Part shown: positions 13,696 to 27,477 of the stretch, piece by piece | Layout of the letters: the number at the start of each line of letters is the position of its first letter | Position numbering within the stretch: position 1 is the stretch's first letter | From: Anthoceros angustus | Lineage: Eukaryota; Plantae; Anthocerotophyta | Reading direction: 5' to 3' | DNA: 64,000 nucleotides | NCBI GenBank assembly: GCA_010909165.1 | Contig: VJWM01000044.1 | Coordinates: 1,984,001-2,048,000, forward strand | Program-made: the position numbers and the translations under genes | The notes under the pieces: model-generated | Database searches by the model: none | Seen by the model: only the letters and a program-made list of their open reading frames with translations | Told to the model about the DNA's origin: nothing

Positions 13696-16600
13696 ATGGC
13701 TTCGGGCTGCGGCCTGTGCTTGGGGCTGTCTCGTAGCTCCTGTGGCAGTTTGGCCTCCCTCTCCATTTGCCACGACCGCGAGGGCGTCGGACTGAGTGCC
13801 CAATGGTCACTCCTGCTTCACGACAAGGACATGCTGAATGCGAAGCAGCTCGGCAGAGCAAGGCTGTCGCTCCCAGCCCTGGGCCCGCTGGTGCAAGCAG
13901 CTGCTACACGGTGGCGGGCCGTCAAGTGCTTGGCTCCTGCAGGCGCGTGAAATCTCGCCAATCCTTTTGCTCGAGCTGCTCTTCTTTGTGGTGTGGGATG
14001 GTTGGTTGACAGTCGTGATTGCTGCTGCAACAGGGCTGCCTGCTGTGTTGCCGGATGAGGGAATGCCGGAGGAATCTGACCTGGTGGAGATAGGGTTCAT
14101 TGCTGGGACGCACGGTGTTCACGGGGAGCTGCGTGTGCAATCCAAGACGGATTTTCCGGAGGAGCGTTTTGGAAAGGTCTGGTCTGGATTGGAACTTGGC
14201 ATTTTTGGGTCATGGGTTTAGCTCAGCTGAAGGGTTTTGGTTCATGATTGCGTTGCCCGCTTCTGTATCCAGCCAGGGGTTCGATGGCTCAGGTTACGAT
14301 CCATGAGCACGGAGCGAATACTGCCTGTCCAGTTGGTTGGGGGGAGGGTGGCTGCTGGCAAACAGCCGTCCTGGTTTGTCAGTCTGAAAGGTGTCACCAG
14401 CCCAGAGCAGGTAGGCGGTTGCCTGTTGTTGGACGTCTGAATCTGGTTGCACATGGATAATGCATCAGCTGGAGTTGGAGTGTGCGGCTATATATCGGCG
14501 GTATCTGTGTTTTGGGCAGGCCAGTGAGCTGTTGGGGGCAACCATGCTTGCAGATTCAACCTCAATTCCAGGTTTGTCGGATGATGAATTCTACATACCG
14601 GATTTGGTTGGCATGAAGGTGGCGTTGCAGGTGAGGGGTCATAAGGGAATTTGATAAAGGTGCAGGTCTGTGGATGAGCTGGCGGGGTATGATTGTTCTC
14701 TTTGTGTCGATACTTGTCCAGGAAACTGGCCAACAGATTGGAGTTGTCGAGGACGTGTTCAACAGTGGAGCAAGTGATTTGCTTCGCGTGAGGTTGTTGT
14801 CTGGGTCGAGGAAACCAGCAGAGACGGGAAAGGGTCAGCTGGTTTGGATACCATTTGTCCATGACATTGTCCCTCTTGTGGATAAAGAGAAGAGAAGAAT
14901 TGAGATAACCCCACCAGCTGGGCTTTTGGAGTTGAACGTTCGTAAAGGCGCAGAATCCAAAAGCGAACTGCGGAAGCAGGTCAGCAAGCTTTCCTGGCAA
15001 TGCTGCAGAAACAAGGACTTGAGGTTTCTGAAGGAATGCACTTCTGCAGGCTACTTGACTCAGTTGCCAGCTGTTACTTGCTGTCTCAACAGGCTGTGAG
15101 GGAGATGCGAAAGTCCAGAGAAGTGCTAACTGCGATTAAGAAAAAGATACACAGATTGGGGCAGGATCATGTGCTGGCTGAACTTTCCAGCCCTGATGCT
15201 GCCCAGAAGAAGCTCCTTATGGAAAGTCTTTTTAGTATAGACTTTAGTCAGTTTGAGCGGGCATTGACTCAATTCAAAGCTGCAACCGCATCCAGGTGAG
15301 GCCTGCTGCAAAGTTAATCGGTGCTGATTCTATTTCTTGAATACTGTGTTCCATTGGAGGCATTGACACCTGCATGGTTTGGACCTCACAGTGGGGAACA
15401 AGCGTTGCATGGAATACCACAACCACCTCCAGAGTTTCCTTCTGTAGATTGGGAGGGGTTTGAGCAATGGCTGGACCCCTGTGATCAATCTCGTGAAGAC
15501 CAGAGTGGTGGGAATACAAAGATGGAGAATGCGAGGTGGTGGAGACGAGGGTTACAGCTTGTGGCTAAAGGCAAAGTAGCTGTTGCAGTGCTGGCAGGTG
15601 GACAAGGTACACGGTTAGGGTCAGATGCTCCATCTGTCAAAGGAATGCTTGACATAGGTCTTCCTAGTGGCAAGTCCCTATTCCAGCTACAAGCCGAGCG
15701 CCTGCTTCTTGTTCAAGAGCTTGCATTGAGTGTAAGTCCTGAGAAAGTGCTTGTGCTCCTGATTGAACCTGTACGTGCTGGAGAAGATGAAGTCATCATT
15801 CAACAATACAGTTGTTGAGTTTACTCCCACTATATGTGACATCCATTGCAGGAATTCTCAGGTGTGATGTCACCAATTCCGTGGATCATCTTTACTAGTG
15901 ATGCAACAGATGAACATACCAAAGGGTATTTTGAGAAGAACGACTTCTTTGGGTTGGAACAGTCCCAGGTATACTGAAAGTTTCAGTCCAAATTCTTTAT
16001 TTTTGTGTATTTGTAATTACGTCTCGCCAAGTTTTGTGCTTTGCACACTTCAGGTGGTCAGTTTTACTTTGTTGTGACAGGTGTGGTTCGTAAAGCAAGA
16101 AAGCTTGCCCTGTGTGGATGGCACTGACCACAAGATCCTGATGGAAAGACCAACAAAAGTGTCGCTGGCTCCGAATGGGAATGGTGGCCTGTTCCGAGCC
16201 CTCAGCTCTGAGGGAATTCTGGAAAAGCTTGAGGAAAGAGGGACAGACTACGTGCAGGTCTGTATGAAGTTGTAATCTGGCCAGCTTAGCTGAATCTGTG
16301 ATTACATGGTCAATCTTACAGGGTAGCTTTTGTCTCTCACAGGTCTATGCGGTGGACAATGCACTGGTGAAAGTTGCTGATCCGGTGTTCTTTGGCTTCA
16401 CTGCGGAACGGAAAGCAGAAATTGGGGTGAAAGTGGTCACTAAACAGCACGCTGAAGAGTCTGTTGGTGTGTTATGCTTGCAACAGCGGATGTCTGCAGG
16501 ACCCAGTCAGGCAGCACCAGGAGTAGAAGATGACAAGCAGGGTAGCAGTGACAACCAAGCATATTATGCTGTTCTGGAGTACAGTGAAATGCCTGAGGCT

Positions 16601-17259
16601 CTTCGAGCTGCTAGAGATGAGAATGACGGTCAAGAAGATGACGGTCGTAGCAGGCTTCTTTTCCGAGCAGCTCACATCTGTATTAACATGTTTTCAGTAG
16701 ACTTTCTGAAGCGGATGGGTGGATCTCAACATGAACTTGGATTCCATGCAGCCCACAAACAGATACCTCATGTGAAGCAGGATGAAGAGGGGAATTGGGT
16801 ACAAGTAGATCCAGAGAAGCCAAACGGAATTAAGTTTGAACAGTTCATCTTTGATGCTTTCAGATTTGCTCAACCAGAGAAGGTAAGAATGCATTTTTAT
16901 GGATGGTCTGTATGCAGGGAATGCTTCAAAGTTTCCGACCTAACTTGCCGATCATTTCTCTATTACAGGTAGCCATTTTAGAGGTCAAGAGAGAAGAAGA
17001 GTTCGCCCCAATTAAGAACGCTTCTGGTCCAGGAAGACCAGACTCGCCTGCAACTGCACGTGACCTGGTTCTTGGTCTGTACAATAAGCTTGTTTCAGAT
17101 TTGAGGCTCCAGAGGTCTACAGAACGGCAACATTATGCTATGATTGCATATGCAGGGGGACTGTATGGAGATGATCCTCGCCACAAAGAGTTTACTGGTG
17201 TTGGAGCTAATGATGAAGATGAGAGGCCAGAGTACGCAGAGGCGTTTTTGTCCTTGTAG
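13696..17259 (+). CDS. 16S rRNA processing RimM-family protein fused to a UDP-N-acetylglucosamine pyrophosphorylase-like domain (multi-exon, probably plastid-targeted)
   Basis: RimM motifs [55 protein letters not shown] and [13 protein letters not shown]...[13 protein letters not shown] motifs [15 protein letters not shown]...[64 protein letters not shown] and [10 protein letters not shown]. Ser/Cys/Arg-rich N-terminus. Exact last-exon structure uncertain. Confidence 0.9.
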
Positions 17260-20200
17260 GGTTTCAGGCTAGTCAAAGCAAGCAGCAGTGACATTGCAGC
17301 CATAAAACTTAAGCCTGGTGATCTTACTTGTAACACGAAACAGTGCCTCCCAATCGGCAGAGCACGTCACTGACTTCCCACTGAAACACTAGTGGTCGGA
17401 ACTTCCATCTGCTTAGCTGTCGCTAATCTATGCTGGAGTATCCGACCTTCGGGTGAGAACTTCCGGCACAAGCGAACCTGGCGGATCAACCGATATTTTC
17501 GTGGTGGTTTAATGAGGTCCAAAGTTCCAACTGTTCCAAAGTGTAACTCGGAAAATGGAATATGAAAACTTCAGTGGCCTGAGCAATTCGAAATGTTCCC
17601 CTGGCAAATTCCCTTTCTACTGTAACGCTGGCGGGATGGCTGTTCATGGGGAATGCAGACCGGCTGGATCGTTCCAATCTGTCAGGCCATGCCGGGCTTG
17701 CCGAACATCGGGTGCATATATGGTATGCGCGAACTACGAGACTGCACAATGCATACGCTCTGGAGGGAAGTGGGCGGGAGCTCGGTCTGGGAGGAGTAAA
17801 GTCTCCCCGGGTCAATGATGTAGCTCTCTATGAGCCCATGTGCCCATGCATTTCTCAATTCAAAGGCTGGTGCGGGCTCGGGAATCCCAATCCTTAGCCT
17901 CCTTCAGGTACATCTGATGGAAGTGCCCGATCAGATGCGAGCATCAGTCCAGCACATACATATGTTGTGCAACAAGTTGGCAAATCTCTGTAGACAAGCC
18001 TATCTTCTTCAGCGTCCCGCTGGTGTGCAGTGTACGATCCGGAGGGGAGAGCATCAAAGATCTCGTACTGGGAGGCGACAGGGGCAGAGGTATGTATGCC
18101 ACATGTTGCTGCGTATTCACCCAACTCTTCTCCTCCTCTCTCCCCACCCCATGGATGCATGGATGCCTACATGGCCTTACCGTCTCCAGCGAAGCTACAG
18201 GCGTGTACACAGTGTTGCCGCCCAAGGTGATGTGGCAACGTGGTGCACGAGTGCCCAACCCAGGCCTCTAGCTCCGGCTGCCAGCGCCAACAGAAAGCCC
18301 TTCATCTCCACATTTTACAAAGGAATCCGGACTCCATCCCTGCTGCCTCTGCAGATAGTGGACAGGAACGATTCCTGATATAGCAAGGAACGGGCCTGGA
18401 CGCCAATGACACAAATATCACGCACGCTCCACCAACTGGCGACTGGCTGCCTGCTCCTGATGGATAGGGGTTGAAAACCCGAAAGCCCAGCCTCCCCTGT
18501 TTAACGGCTTGGTTACCTCGTGTAAGCTTTTAGGGCCGGGCCACGCGCATTGATTTACCTGCGAGCAAAAGCTGACAAACAAGGCAGCTCAGCAAGGCTA
18601 CAGCCTGAGAGAGGAGTTCGAGAGCGGACCGCCTCATTCAATGGCCCGACCCTTTCAGGAATCCCGCATTCAATGCCCAGTTGCCCGCTTTGACACTTCC
18701 GATGGGCCAGGACGGGGCGGGCATGATGACCTCTTGTGCCGGGGGTAATATGTCTTGGCGCCTCCACCAACTGCCTGTACCTACCCGGTTGGATCATGAA
18801 TCGATGATGGGTTCCAGTGACTCCATCCCCAGGCCCCCAGCTGCAGCCTGGAAGGCCTGGAAGGACAGTCTGCAACTCGTGAGCTCTATTCATGGCGACG
18901 GTGATTAGATCCCACTAATCCCATCCCTAAGCACGCGTTCACGTGCAGATTAAGCTTCCTGCCCCTGCGTGGTAACAAAGTACACAGAGTTGACAAGTAG
19001 GCCCTCATAGCTCACACAGAAGCCCGATGATGACCAGTCTGACAGCAATGAACGGCGGACCCGATGATGGACCTGTAGCCTGGCAGAAAGAAAGAGTGGC
19101 AAAAGAGTGGGCGAAAGGGGAAGGAGAAACACCACTCTGCTCTCTGCACTCTGCACTCTGCACTCTGCCTGCCTGCCATGCCTCATCCCCGTCCTTCTCT
19201 GCACCCTGATATTTCGCTTTGCAGCCCTTTGGCTTGGGCTTGCATGGAGCACACAGAAATGGCCAGAATAATACCACGGCAGCCTACCCCGTTGCATTAT
19301 GCATCACGGATCCTGGAGCAGTATTTTATCTCGCCACCGTCATCTGGACGACAAAGATGGGGCCACCGCGAGCATCCATCGGGATTAGCAGGGCAATGCA
19401 TATCTCCCACACCCTGTTTCACCGTGCTGCCCTCTTTCAGACACGTTCCGTTGCTCCTGCCCTAATATCAAGGCCCCCGCCAATGGCGCAACTCCACGGA
19501 ACGGCACGGCTGGCCCGCGCCTCGAGACGGAACGGCCTCGACCCTACACCGTCCCGCTCGCTTCTCTTTCCCGCTTCCACGCTGGTGCATTTCCGATTCC
19601 CTCTCTTCGGCTGCCTCCACTACAGTACTCGGTGATGGAGGACTCGGAGGGAGAGGAGAGGTCGGATCCTTCTGACAAATACGCAGCACTGTGAGAGAGC
19701 GCATCCTTGCGAGCTATGTACTGTAGCCTGTGCTGCTGTGCAGTGCACCAGAAATGTCCCAGCCCACCGGTGGCCACTTGGGAACGGAATGGAAGCACAA
19801 CGGAACACGCCACGCCAACTCCGCCTTCCCTTCTGCCCCGCCATGCTTGAAGTTGCTCGCTTCCCCGATGGAACAGCTATCCGACAAGACGACAACCGGG
19901 GGCATGCATGGATGGATGTGAGCAGTGCTGCCCGCCACACAGCCTGTCGGCCGTTCCTGTAGCAACGTCCTGTTCTACATTAGGGTGATGTCACAACTCC
20001 CAGTCCGCACGGTGTGCTGTTGCGCCCTCCGCACCTTAATCACCCAACGTGCGTGCAAGGTCGGCTGGGCTTTGGTCAAGCGGCATGGCGTGATGCGAGC
20101 GTAACTACTACCTCTCCTTGCTTCTCGCCACCGGCAAGATCTCGTTACGGGAAGGCCTATCAAACCTTCCTTTCTCTTCTTCCACCGCACCGCTCCTAGT

Positions 20201-20907
20201 TCTAACAACAGCATGTGATGTCATGTGGCCTAGGGTTTCACAACAGTCCATGCATGTACTACACTCCCACGACGATGCACCTCCTCCTTGCTTGTCCCTC
20301 TCTTGATGAAGGAATCCAGGGTTGCAACCTTTCACCTCCGATCTGACCTAACAGACGGGGCAAAAAACGAGTCGTGCAATTTCCTATCCCGTGCGTGAGA
20401 GGCAAGGCTGAAGCTGGGTTTTGGAGGCCTTTGGCCGTAGTTGTGCGCGCACGTTCCAATGCGGAGCAGGGTGATCGTACTGAAGGCTCCGAGCAAGGGC
20501 AACGGTGCCCAACAACAACTACGGGAGAGGAGAGGCCTGGAGGGGAGCGCGGAGATGGGGCGGGCAATTGGAATCACAAAATCCGGGTGGGCACTGGGCC
20601 TCGGGCACAGCCGTCGCCACCGCCACCTGACGCTCCCTCTCCTCCCCCGGCCCCACGTTGCATTACCGACACTTCCTTGTCTGCCGCAAGTCGTTAACGG
20701 AGCGAGTGACATTTCAACGCGACGGGGTTGTCCTGACCAGTGACTGCTGTGACCATCATCCCTCGTCTTCCCCAACGGCCCACATGCGTCTTTCGTCATC
20801 TCTAGCTCTACCCGACCGTGGATACATCCGGTTGCGGATAAAACATCACATGTACTGCAGGTAAAGTATCCCAAGTACATAGAAAATGATGTCATCCCCA
20901 GGTTGGA

Positions 20908-23088
20908 TCATATCTCGTATTGAATAACAATAGCCTCTTCTACAATAGTCCACTTCTCCTTGTTGGCATCACTTTCACTACTGGAAGGTGCCTGACTGCA
21001 GCTCTGCACAAGTTATAGACAAATAAGCAACTTCATCCCTTAAAGCATGTGTAAAAGGTGCACCAAAGATGAATCTCTAGCATATTTTATGCATATATGT
21101 ATGGTGGATATAGAAAAGCATTTCTGTTTTGAGAAATTATGCCTGGGAACATGTGAACACAAGCAAGGTGAGCCATTCCCAATCTATAGGTCCGTATGAA
21201 GTTGGCGGTCCCTCTCTACAAGCTTGTTGTAGAAAATAGAGCAAAGGAGGCATAAGCTGCATTTCATAAACACGTGGCCCGCCACACTGTGGACAAGGTC
21301 CTGGTTCCTCATGTTGTTCAGAAGCCCACAATGCTCGGCCTCGAAAGCATGACCTATGTGAAAAGAGTTCAGACGTATTTAACACTTGTTCCCCTGTTTT
21401 AATTAATTATGAAATTGTGAAAAAGAAAATTTACCGTAGACATTGCTCTGGATAGCAATCCAATCGCTTCTTAAACTTCATGTACGTACGATCTGCTAAC
21501 ATTGCCCTGGTGCTTTCATAATCATCATCTTCCCATGAGTCGTCGTCTGCTATAGGCCTGTCATTGTCCTCAAATGCATCAAATTGTGGCAAATCGTCAG
21601 TTATCTCTCCAGGTTCTTCCAAAGTGGAAGATTGCGCCCTTCGATTTCGAAAAGCTCTTGATTCATTATGCGAATACATATAAAAGCATGGGAGCACTGG
21701 AAAAGGAGGTTCCCAAATTAGTCTACTGTGGGAATGCAAAATCAAAATCTACACAAAACACAATAATAGCTACAATAAAATAAACACATACATGCCTGGA
21801 AAATCGTTGAATGACAACCCTGTACTGGATGAGCTGGTATCTTCATTTGCATTTCCAGAAGCAAAGCTACGAAGAACCTCAGCTTGACCATTTGGTTGGA
21901 GAACTCTTTCCTCTTGAGAGCTTGATGGTTGGTTTGCACCAATATTGCTTGGTTGGATCTCTCCCATGCTCACATTTTCTTCCTCTGTAATGTCAAATTG
22001 CTCACTGGGTCTAATTTCCCAGGGACTATCATCCCACCATTCACTTGCCCTTCGTTCTTCAAATGACTCATATCTTTGCCCGGAAGTTTCTCCTTCCACC
22101 AATTGTTGGAGTTCTTCATCAAAGGGAACTAAAGCGGCATTTGAATCAGACGATGTTGATCCTGAACCATGTGCATTTTCTTGTAATAATTCCTCTGACA
22201 TTTGTCGTTGAAACCTTATGGTTCGCCAACTACATTGGTGTGGAATCAATACATGAACAAGAAATTGGCATCTAGAAAATTTGGTATAATTTCATAATGC
22301 ATTTTTCAATAAGGAATTGAAAAAAAGGATGAGTTACCTTAAGGGATTGAAACCACACAAGGATGTGGGACATCCAAAAATATAAATGGTGCGTTCTTCA
22401 AATCTTAGTTCTTGAAGATTGAGTGGTGCATAAACCTGAGGTATATGAGTTAGCTTCCTCATGATTAACCTAGCTCAATAATACTTCAATTAAAGATGTA
22501 TATTCAAAATAGGAAAATCCCATGAATGTACAATGCAATGGAAAAAGAAGGTAGAAGGCCACAAAGAATACATGAATAGAACCTGTGCAACAAGTCCAAG
22601 ATATCCACCACAATTTCCACATTTAAGAAGCTCAATGTTAACCTCTTGTAATGGTATTGGAAAATCCTAAAAATTGTATCACATATTTACTAATTTAATA
22701 ATTTAAATATATTTTTATAAATACTCAAATGTCATAGCTTAAGTTTTATTAATCATACAGGTTGACCCCCAATTTTTGTGGTATAATGGTCACTGCATTC
22801 GCGTACATTTTCAGCCCATGCGCCAGGCATTCCAAGCACTACATTGTCCAAGTCCTGCCATTTACTAATTCACTTGTACAAATAATGATGAAGACTGAAT
22901 TTGAGATCTTGAAAGAGTTTAAACTAGACGTCATAAATAACATGGGATGTACAGGGAGTATATCTTATTCACATTCAAGAGTACGGATATTAGAGACATG
23001 TACATGTTAGAACTTGATATGCATTGAGCTCATTTTTGGAATTCAATATTACCTCAGAGACTAAATCTGCTGGCAAAGGACGTCCCAT
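20908..23088 (-). CDS. PDCD2-like (programmed cell death 2 C-terminal domain) protein, multi-exon
   Basis: Spliced translation: MGRPLPADLVSE|DLDNVVLGMPGAWAENVRECSDHYTTKIGGQP|DFP...KCGNCGGYLGLVAQ|VYAPL...[27 protein letters not shown]...DDDYE...DRTYMKFKKRLDCYPEQCLR|...CPQCGGPRVYEMQLMPPLLYFL...WEWLTLLVFTCS...WTIVEEAIVIQYEI*. Confidence 0.88.
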
Positions 23089-23828
23089 AGTATGCTCTTC
23101 ACAATCACTATGTAGTCTATAAGATGTCAAATAACACCTGAGTCAAACAAAAGATTAGGATATCAAGAAACATAACTAAGAAACAAACAATCACGTATTA
23201 GATAGACTAAAATTGTTGTAGACTTTGACTGAATAGATCAGCACACTTTTGCTTCTCAACCTTTGAGATTTGTGCATAAAGTACGTGTAACCATAAGTAT
23301 ACACCAATGCATCTTACCTTCAGGAAGTGCATGGTACTTGCATAGAATGGAGGCCTTGCAAACAAGAATTTTTTCATACATGTATAATTTAAAGAAATCT
23401 GGATATTTTTTATCAATAGTTTTTAAAATCAATAATTTCATAAATATTATTTATTTATTTATTCATATTACTATATACAAAAGATAATGGTATTATATCT
23501 TTCAATAAGTATTTATAAATACTCTAGGGCCCTTTAGAGGGTTGTTCCTCATGGTCTCGGTGTGACTTCCCATCTCTGCATATTTATAAAGTCTCCATGT
23601 TTACATTTACATTTATAACTATATTAAATAATATTATTTAAAATGATGAAAGTCCAAAGTAAAGACAAACACAACTGTTTAAGAGCTAGAGCTCTATAGC
23701 ATGAAAGTTGAAATCTTACCTTCAGGAAATGCCATGTCATCCATGACCACATCTTATATCCTATCATATCTAAAGAACTAGTTGAAATCATTATTTTGTG
23801 ACTCTTTCCAACTGGAGGGAGACTATGA

Positions 23829-25854
23829 ATGGAGAACAAAGTAGGAATTGTGAACTTGATGAGTTATTGATTACCATTATTGAAGTATATCTTTAATTAA
23901 TATTTATTTACAGCATCTTTTATGGAATGGCGGAGAGAAATCTGGTATCTTGAAGAAAAGAGGGGGAGATTATAGATCATGGAAAAAAAGACAATTCATT
24001 GTGAAAGATACATATCTATTCTATTTTAAGGTCCTCGCAACAAAGGTAAAATCTAGTCTAAATATTTTGTCTTTGCAAACTTCTTGATTTATAACTATGA
24101 ATAGTAGTAGCCGAACTTTTCTTTTTTGAAAAGTTAATAGTGAACATAGTTGTATGAGCATGCTGCAATGACCATACTAAAATTGAAACCTATAGGAGCA
24201 AGCTGAACCAACTGGAGTTATTCCACTACATGGTTGCACCGTAGATGTTCCTCCTCCAGGATCGGATCCTGAACGAGAAAATATTTTTATTATAAATCTT
24301 CCTGAAAAATTAGTCGCAGTAGGTATTGTAAAACGTTCACAATATGTATTATGTGCGACTGATCCTGCAGATGCAAGATCATGGATAGGTAGGGAGCTTT
24401 TTCAAATACTATTCAAAAGATGTAGTTATTCATTGAATAATGTAAAAAAACTTTTGTAACCTTGACTTTTTTTCGGTGATGTGTTTGCAGAAACTATTAG
24501 ATGTGCTGCAGAATCCAAACGCAATATAAAGTCACAAGTTTTGCAAGCGCGCGCAGAGGTGTGAGCTTAACTAGCTTTCAAAAACTTTTGCACAAGACCA
24601 TACACATAAAGTTTCACAGTGCTAAACTTCTTGTTAAATACATAGGTGCGGGATTTGGAACAGCGATGGGCATTGGTTGGTGGGATGTCCACTGGTCGGG
24701 TAAAATATTTTAATTATATGAATGCTTAATTTGTGTCCTTATAAAAGTACAAAATGAACTTTTCAAACATTACAGGCTCCGACAATGCCTACCGAAACTC
24801 AAACTGTCATTATTTTACAAGCTTTAGCAGAAGAGATGATGCTTATGTATCACACTGCAGAGGCCACTCAAGAGGTAATGTATAAATATAATGAATCCCA
24901 TGAATCACATCTATGAGATTAATAGTTTATTCAGCTTTCCTACATGTCAAATTGTTCTACAGCACTTGACTTATTTACAAGATTATGTGGGAAAGCTGAC
25001 TATGCAACTTGGAGCACTTGAAAAGGCTGGAGCGATGTATGGGGGATCCCAACCCTTTCGAGTCTAGATATTGTATACAACTTACTGCTTCCGAATAAAT
25101 TGAGTTATAAACTTTTGTTATAATGGCTGAATATACTTACCTGGAGGAAGTGCAGGCTTCAACAGAAGATCATGACAAGACCAAATGTTGAGGAGATTAT
25201 CCAATTCATACAAACAGGTGAGAATCCTTCTTGACATGGCGACTTTAGATGAAGACAATATCAAACTCTTGTGAGGTCTAAAGATTTGGACTCTTTCCTT
25301 TTGTAGATACAAAAACTTGTCATGAATGTATGGAGTGGTTGGTGAATGCAAGAGTGCAACTCACTTATGTACAACATCAGGTATGTTGTTTAAAGAACTA
25401 GATTATAATTAAAATATATAAAAATTATAAAATATTTTATCATCATGTTTAGATGGAAGCTTTGATGGGGATGAGGGAAGCTGGTGGAGAAGGGGTGCCA
25501 ACTCCAGGGGATGCTGCAAACATATTGAGAAATACCATATTGATGATAGACTCTTTGGAGGTAACTTAATGCCGCTATAAATATGTTATCTGAGATAATA
25601 TTTTTTAAAAAGTTTTATCTCTACATATTTATTAAATTTTATATTATTTTTAAAAATATAATTAAAAAGGTTTGTATGTGTCCTTCCAGTACCAACCGCC
25701 GGGACCCGATAGACTACCAAGCGATGGAAGAATAGCACAACTTCAGAGTAGTCTTGCTCAAATTCAAAAATTCCACGATGATGAGGTAGCTCAGGCTGGA
25801 TCAAAAACCGGTGCGTTAATGTCGAATTCCTATCAACGGCAACAAAGACGGTAA
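23829..25854 (+). CDS. PH-domain protein followed by a helical/coiled-coil region, about 10 short exons
   Basis: Exons joined at phase-consistent GT-AG sites give MENK|HLLWNGGEKSGILKKRGGDYRSWKKRQFIVKDTYLFYFKVLATK|EQAEPTGVIPLHGCTVDVPP...YVLCATDPADARSWI|ETIRCAAES... These are classic PH motifs (LxKxG, WKKRxF, GVIPL, terminal-helix W). The protein ends YQRQQRR* at 25854. The start exon is the least certain part. Confidence 0.8.
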
Positions 25855-27477
25855 GTAGTTGGTAGAGAGCAGAAAGTTACCGCTGCACGGGTGACGGGAC
25901 GCGGTGGGTCAACCCAACCCAGTCCCCAGTCGGGGTCGGACCCAACCGGTGGGCTTGTCGCCCGCTCCCCTGTCCGCCGTGTGAAAGAGGATGTGGAGGG
26001 ATCTTTATGGCGGTTTCGCCCCGGAGGTGGCGAAACCGGTCCGGGCTGCGGGCAGCTGCCCGGCTGCCCTGCTGCCCTGCTGCCCGTTGGCCGGGCCAGG
26101 CCAGGCCAGAGGCCAGACATGTTGGGCCCCTTGTCGCTGGATGAAGGCAGCCAGCTGCTTCGTCCCAGAGTCCCCGGCAGTCTCTCGGAGAGCCAGACGC
26201 GCAGGCACGACGTTGCGGACTCTCCCTCGCCTCTGCAGCCATCGCACGCTCCTTCACGTAATGCTCCTTTCCTCCTCCTCCTCCTCCTGTTGCTGTTGCT
26301 GTTGCTGTTGCTGTTTGCAAAGCAGCTGCAGCACCTCCTGCTCCCGCCTCCCCCTTCTCCGGCCCGGCCCCTCGTCCTGTGGCACCGGCTTTTGGGTGCG
26401 CAGTCTGGGATATTATATTTCTGAGGACCTCAGCGCCAGTGACGCCTTTCCCACCCCCGCCCCCACCTCCCGCGGCGCCCGCCCGGCCTGCTGCAGCGCC
26501 AATTGTTGGGGCATTCCGCTCCCTTAGCTTTGTGTGTGTTTGTGTGCGGATTTGTGTGTGCGGGGTCTGGGCGTGGTGTGGGCGTTTGGTCGCCTCACGC
26601 AGGGAGAGGATTCCGCTTCCCGCTTCCCGCTTTCCGCTTCCCGTTTCCCATTTCCCATTTCATCCTCCCTGCCGGTTTGTGGGTGTAGGTGTAGGGCCTG
26701 CTTGGTGTTGTGGGATTTGTTGCTGCAGGCCATGGTTTGTGTGTGTCGAAAATATTTCATCCCGCTGACGTTTTCCGCATACCGCTTCACACATTGTGGT
26801 CGTGAGCAGCCCACAAAAACCCGCCTTCCGCTCCCTCCGCCCCTGGATTCGTAGCACCCGCCACCCGCCAGCCGAGCCATCTGGTGCATTCCGCAGGGAT
26901 TGGGTCGTAGTGGGTTTTTTTTTGTAGGTAGATATCCTGGCGTACGCAGCAGCAGCAGCAGCAGCTTTCGTGCAGGGTCCCGTCTGATGTCTTGCCATAG
27001 GATAGCAGAAGGCTTTGCGTTTTGAGTTGATGCTGCAGGCAGGTGAAGTTTTGGCCTTCGGTTTCTAATCGTAGCAGTGCTGATTGCCAGATGCATTGCC
27101 AAACAGAGCCTGGCAAGGGTACCGTAGGTGGCTTGCATTGCCGAAATATCGTTCTGTGCTGCCTCCAATGGCGTCGCCTGATAGCGTCCGTCGCCAATTT
27201 CGCTGGCGTTTGTCCTTCCTTTCAGACTGAGATGACAGGCAGACAGGCCGCCAGCCATTTCTGCTTTCGTTTTTCAGTTACTGACCCGAGTCTGGGGAGC
27301 GTTAGGAGGCTATGGTGGCGGCACATGGAAGGGGGCTATCAGCAACCACATGGCACCGAGCTATGACAGAAAATTAGCGTAGCTTGATTTCCCCGCTCTC
27401 ATCCTCCTGCCCTGCTGTCTGCTCCGAGTATTGTCCAGGCCCTGAGACTCCAGGTTTTCGCATCTCTCGTGTTGCGT

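Noticed and set aside
17300-20870. Many short ORFs, including a Cys-rich 87-aa ORF at 17555-17818
   Set aside because: No signal peptide, recognisable domain or consistent exon chain; treated as intergenic or undetermined.
25132-25145. ATACTTACCTGG, the 5' end of U1 snRNA
   Set aside because: The downstream sequence does not continue as U1; it is simply the complement of a splice-donor-like motif.
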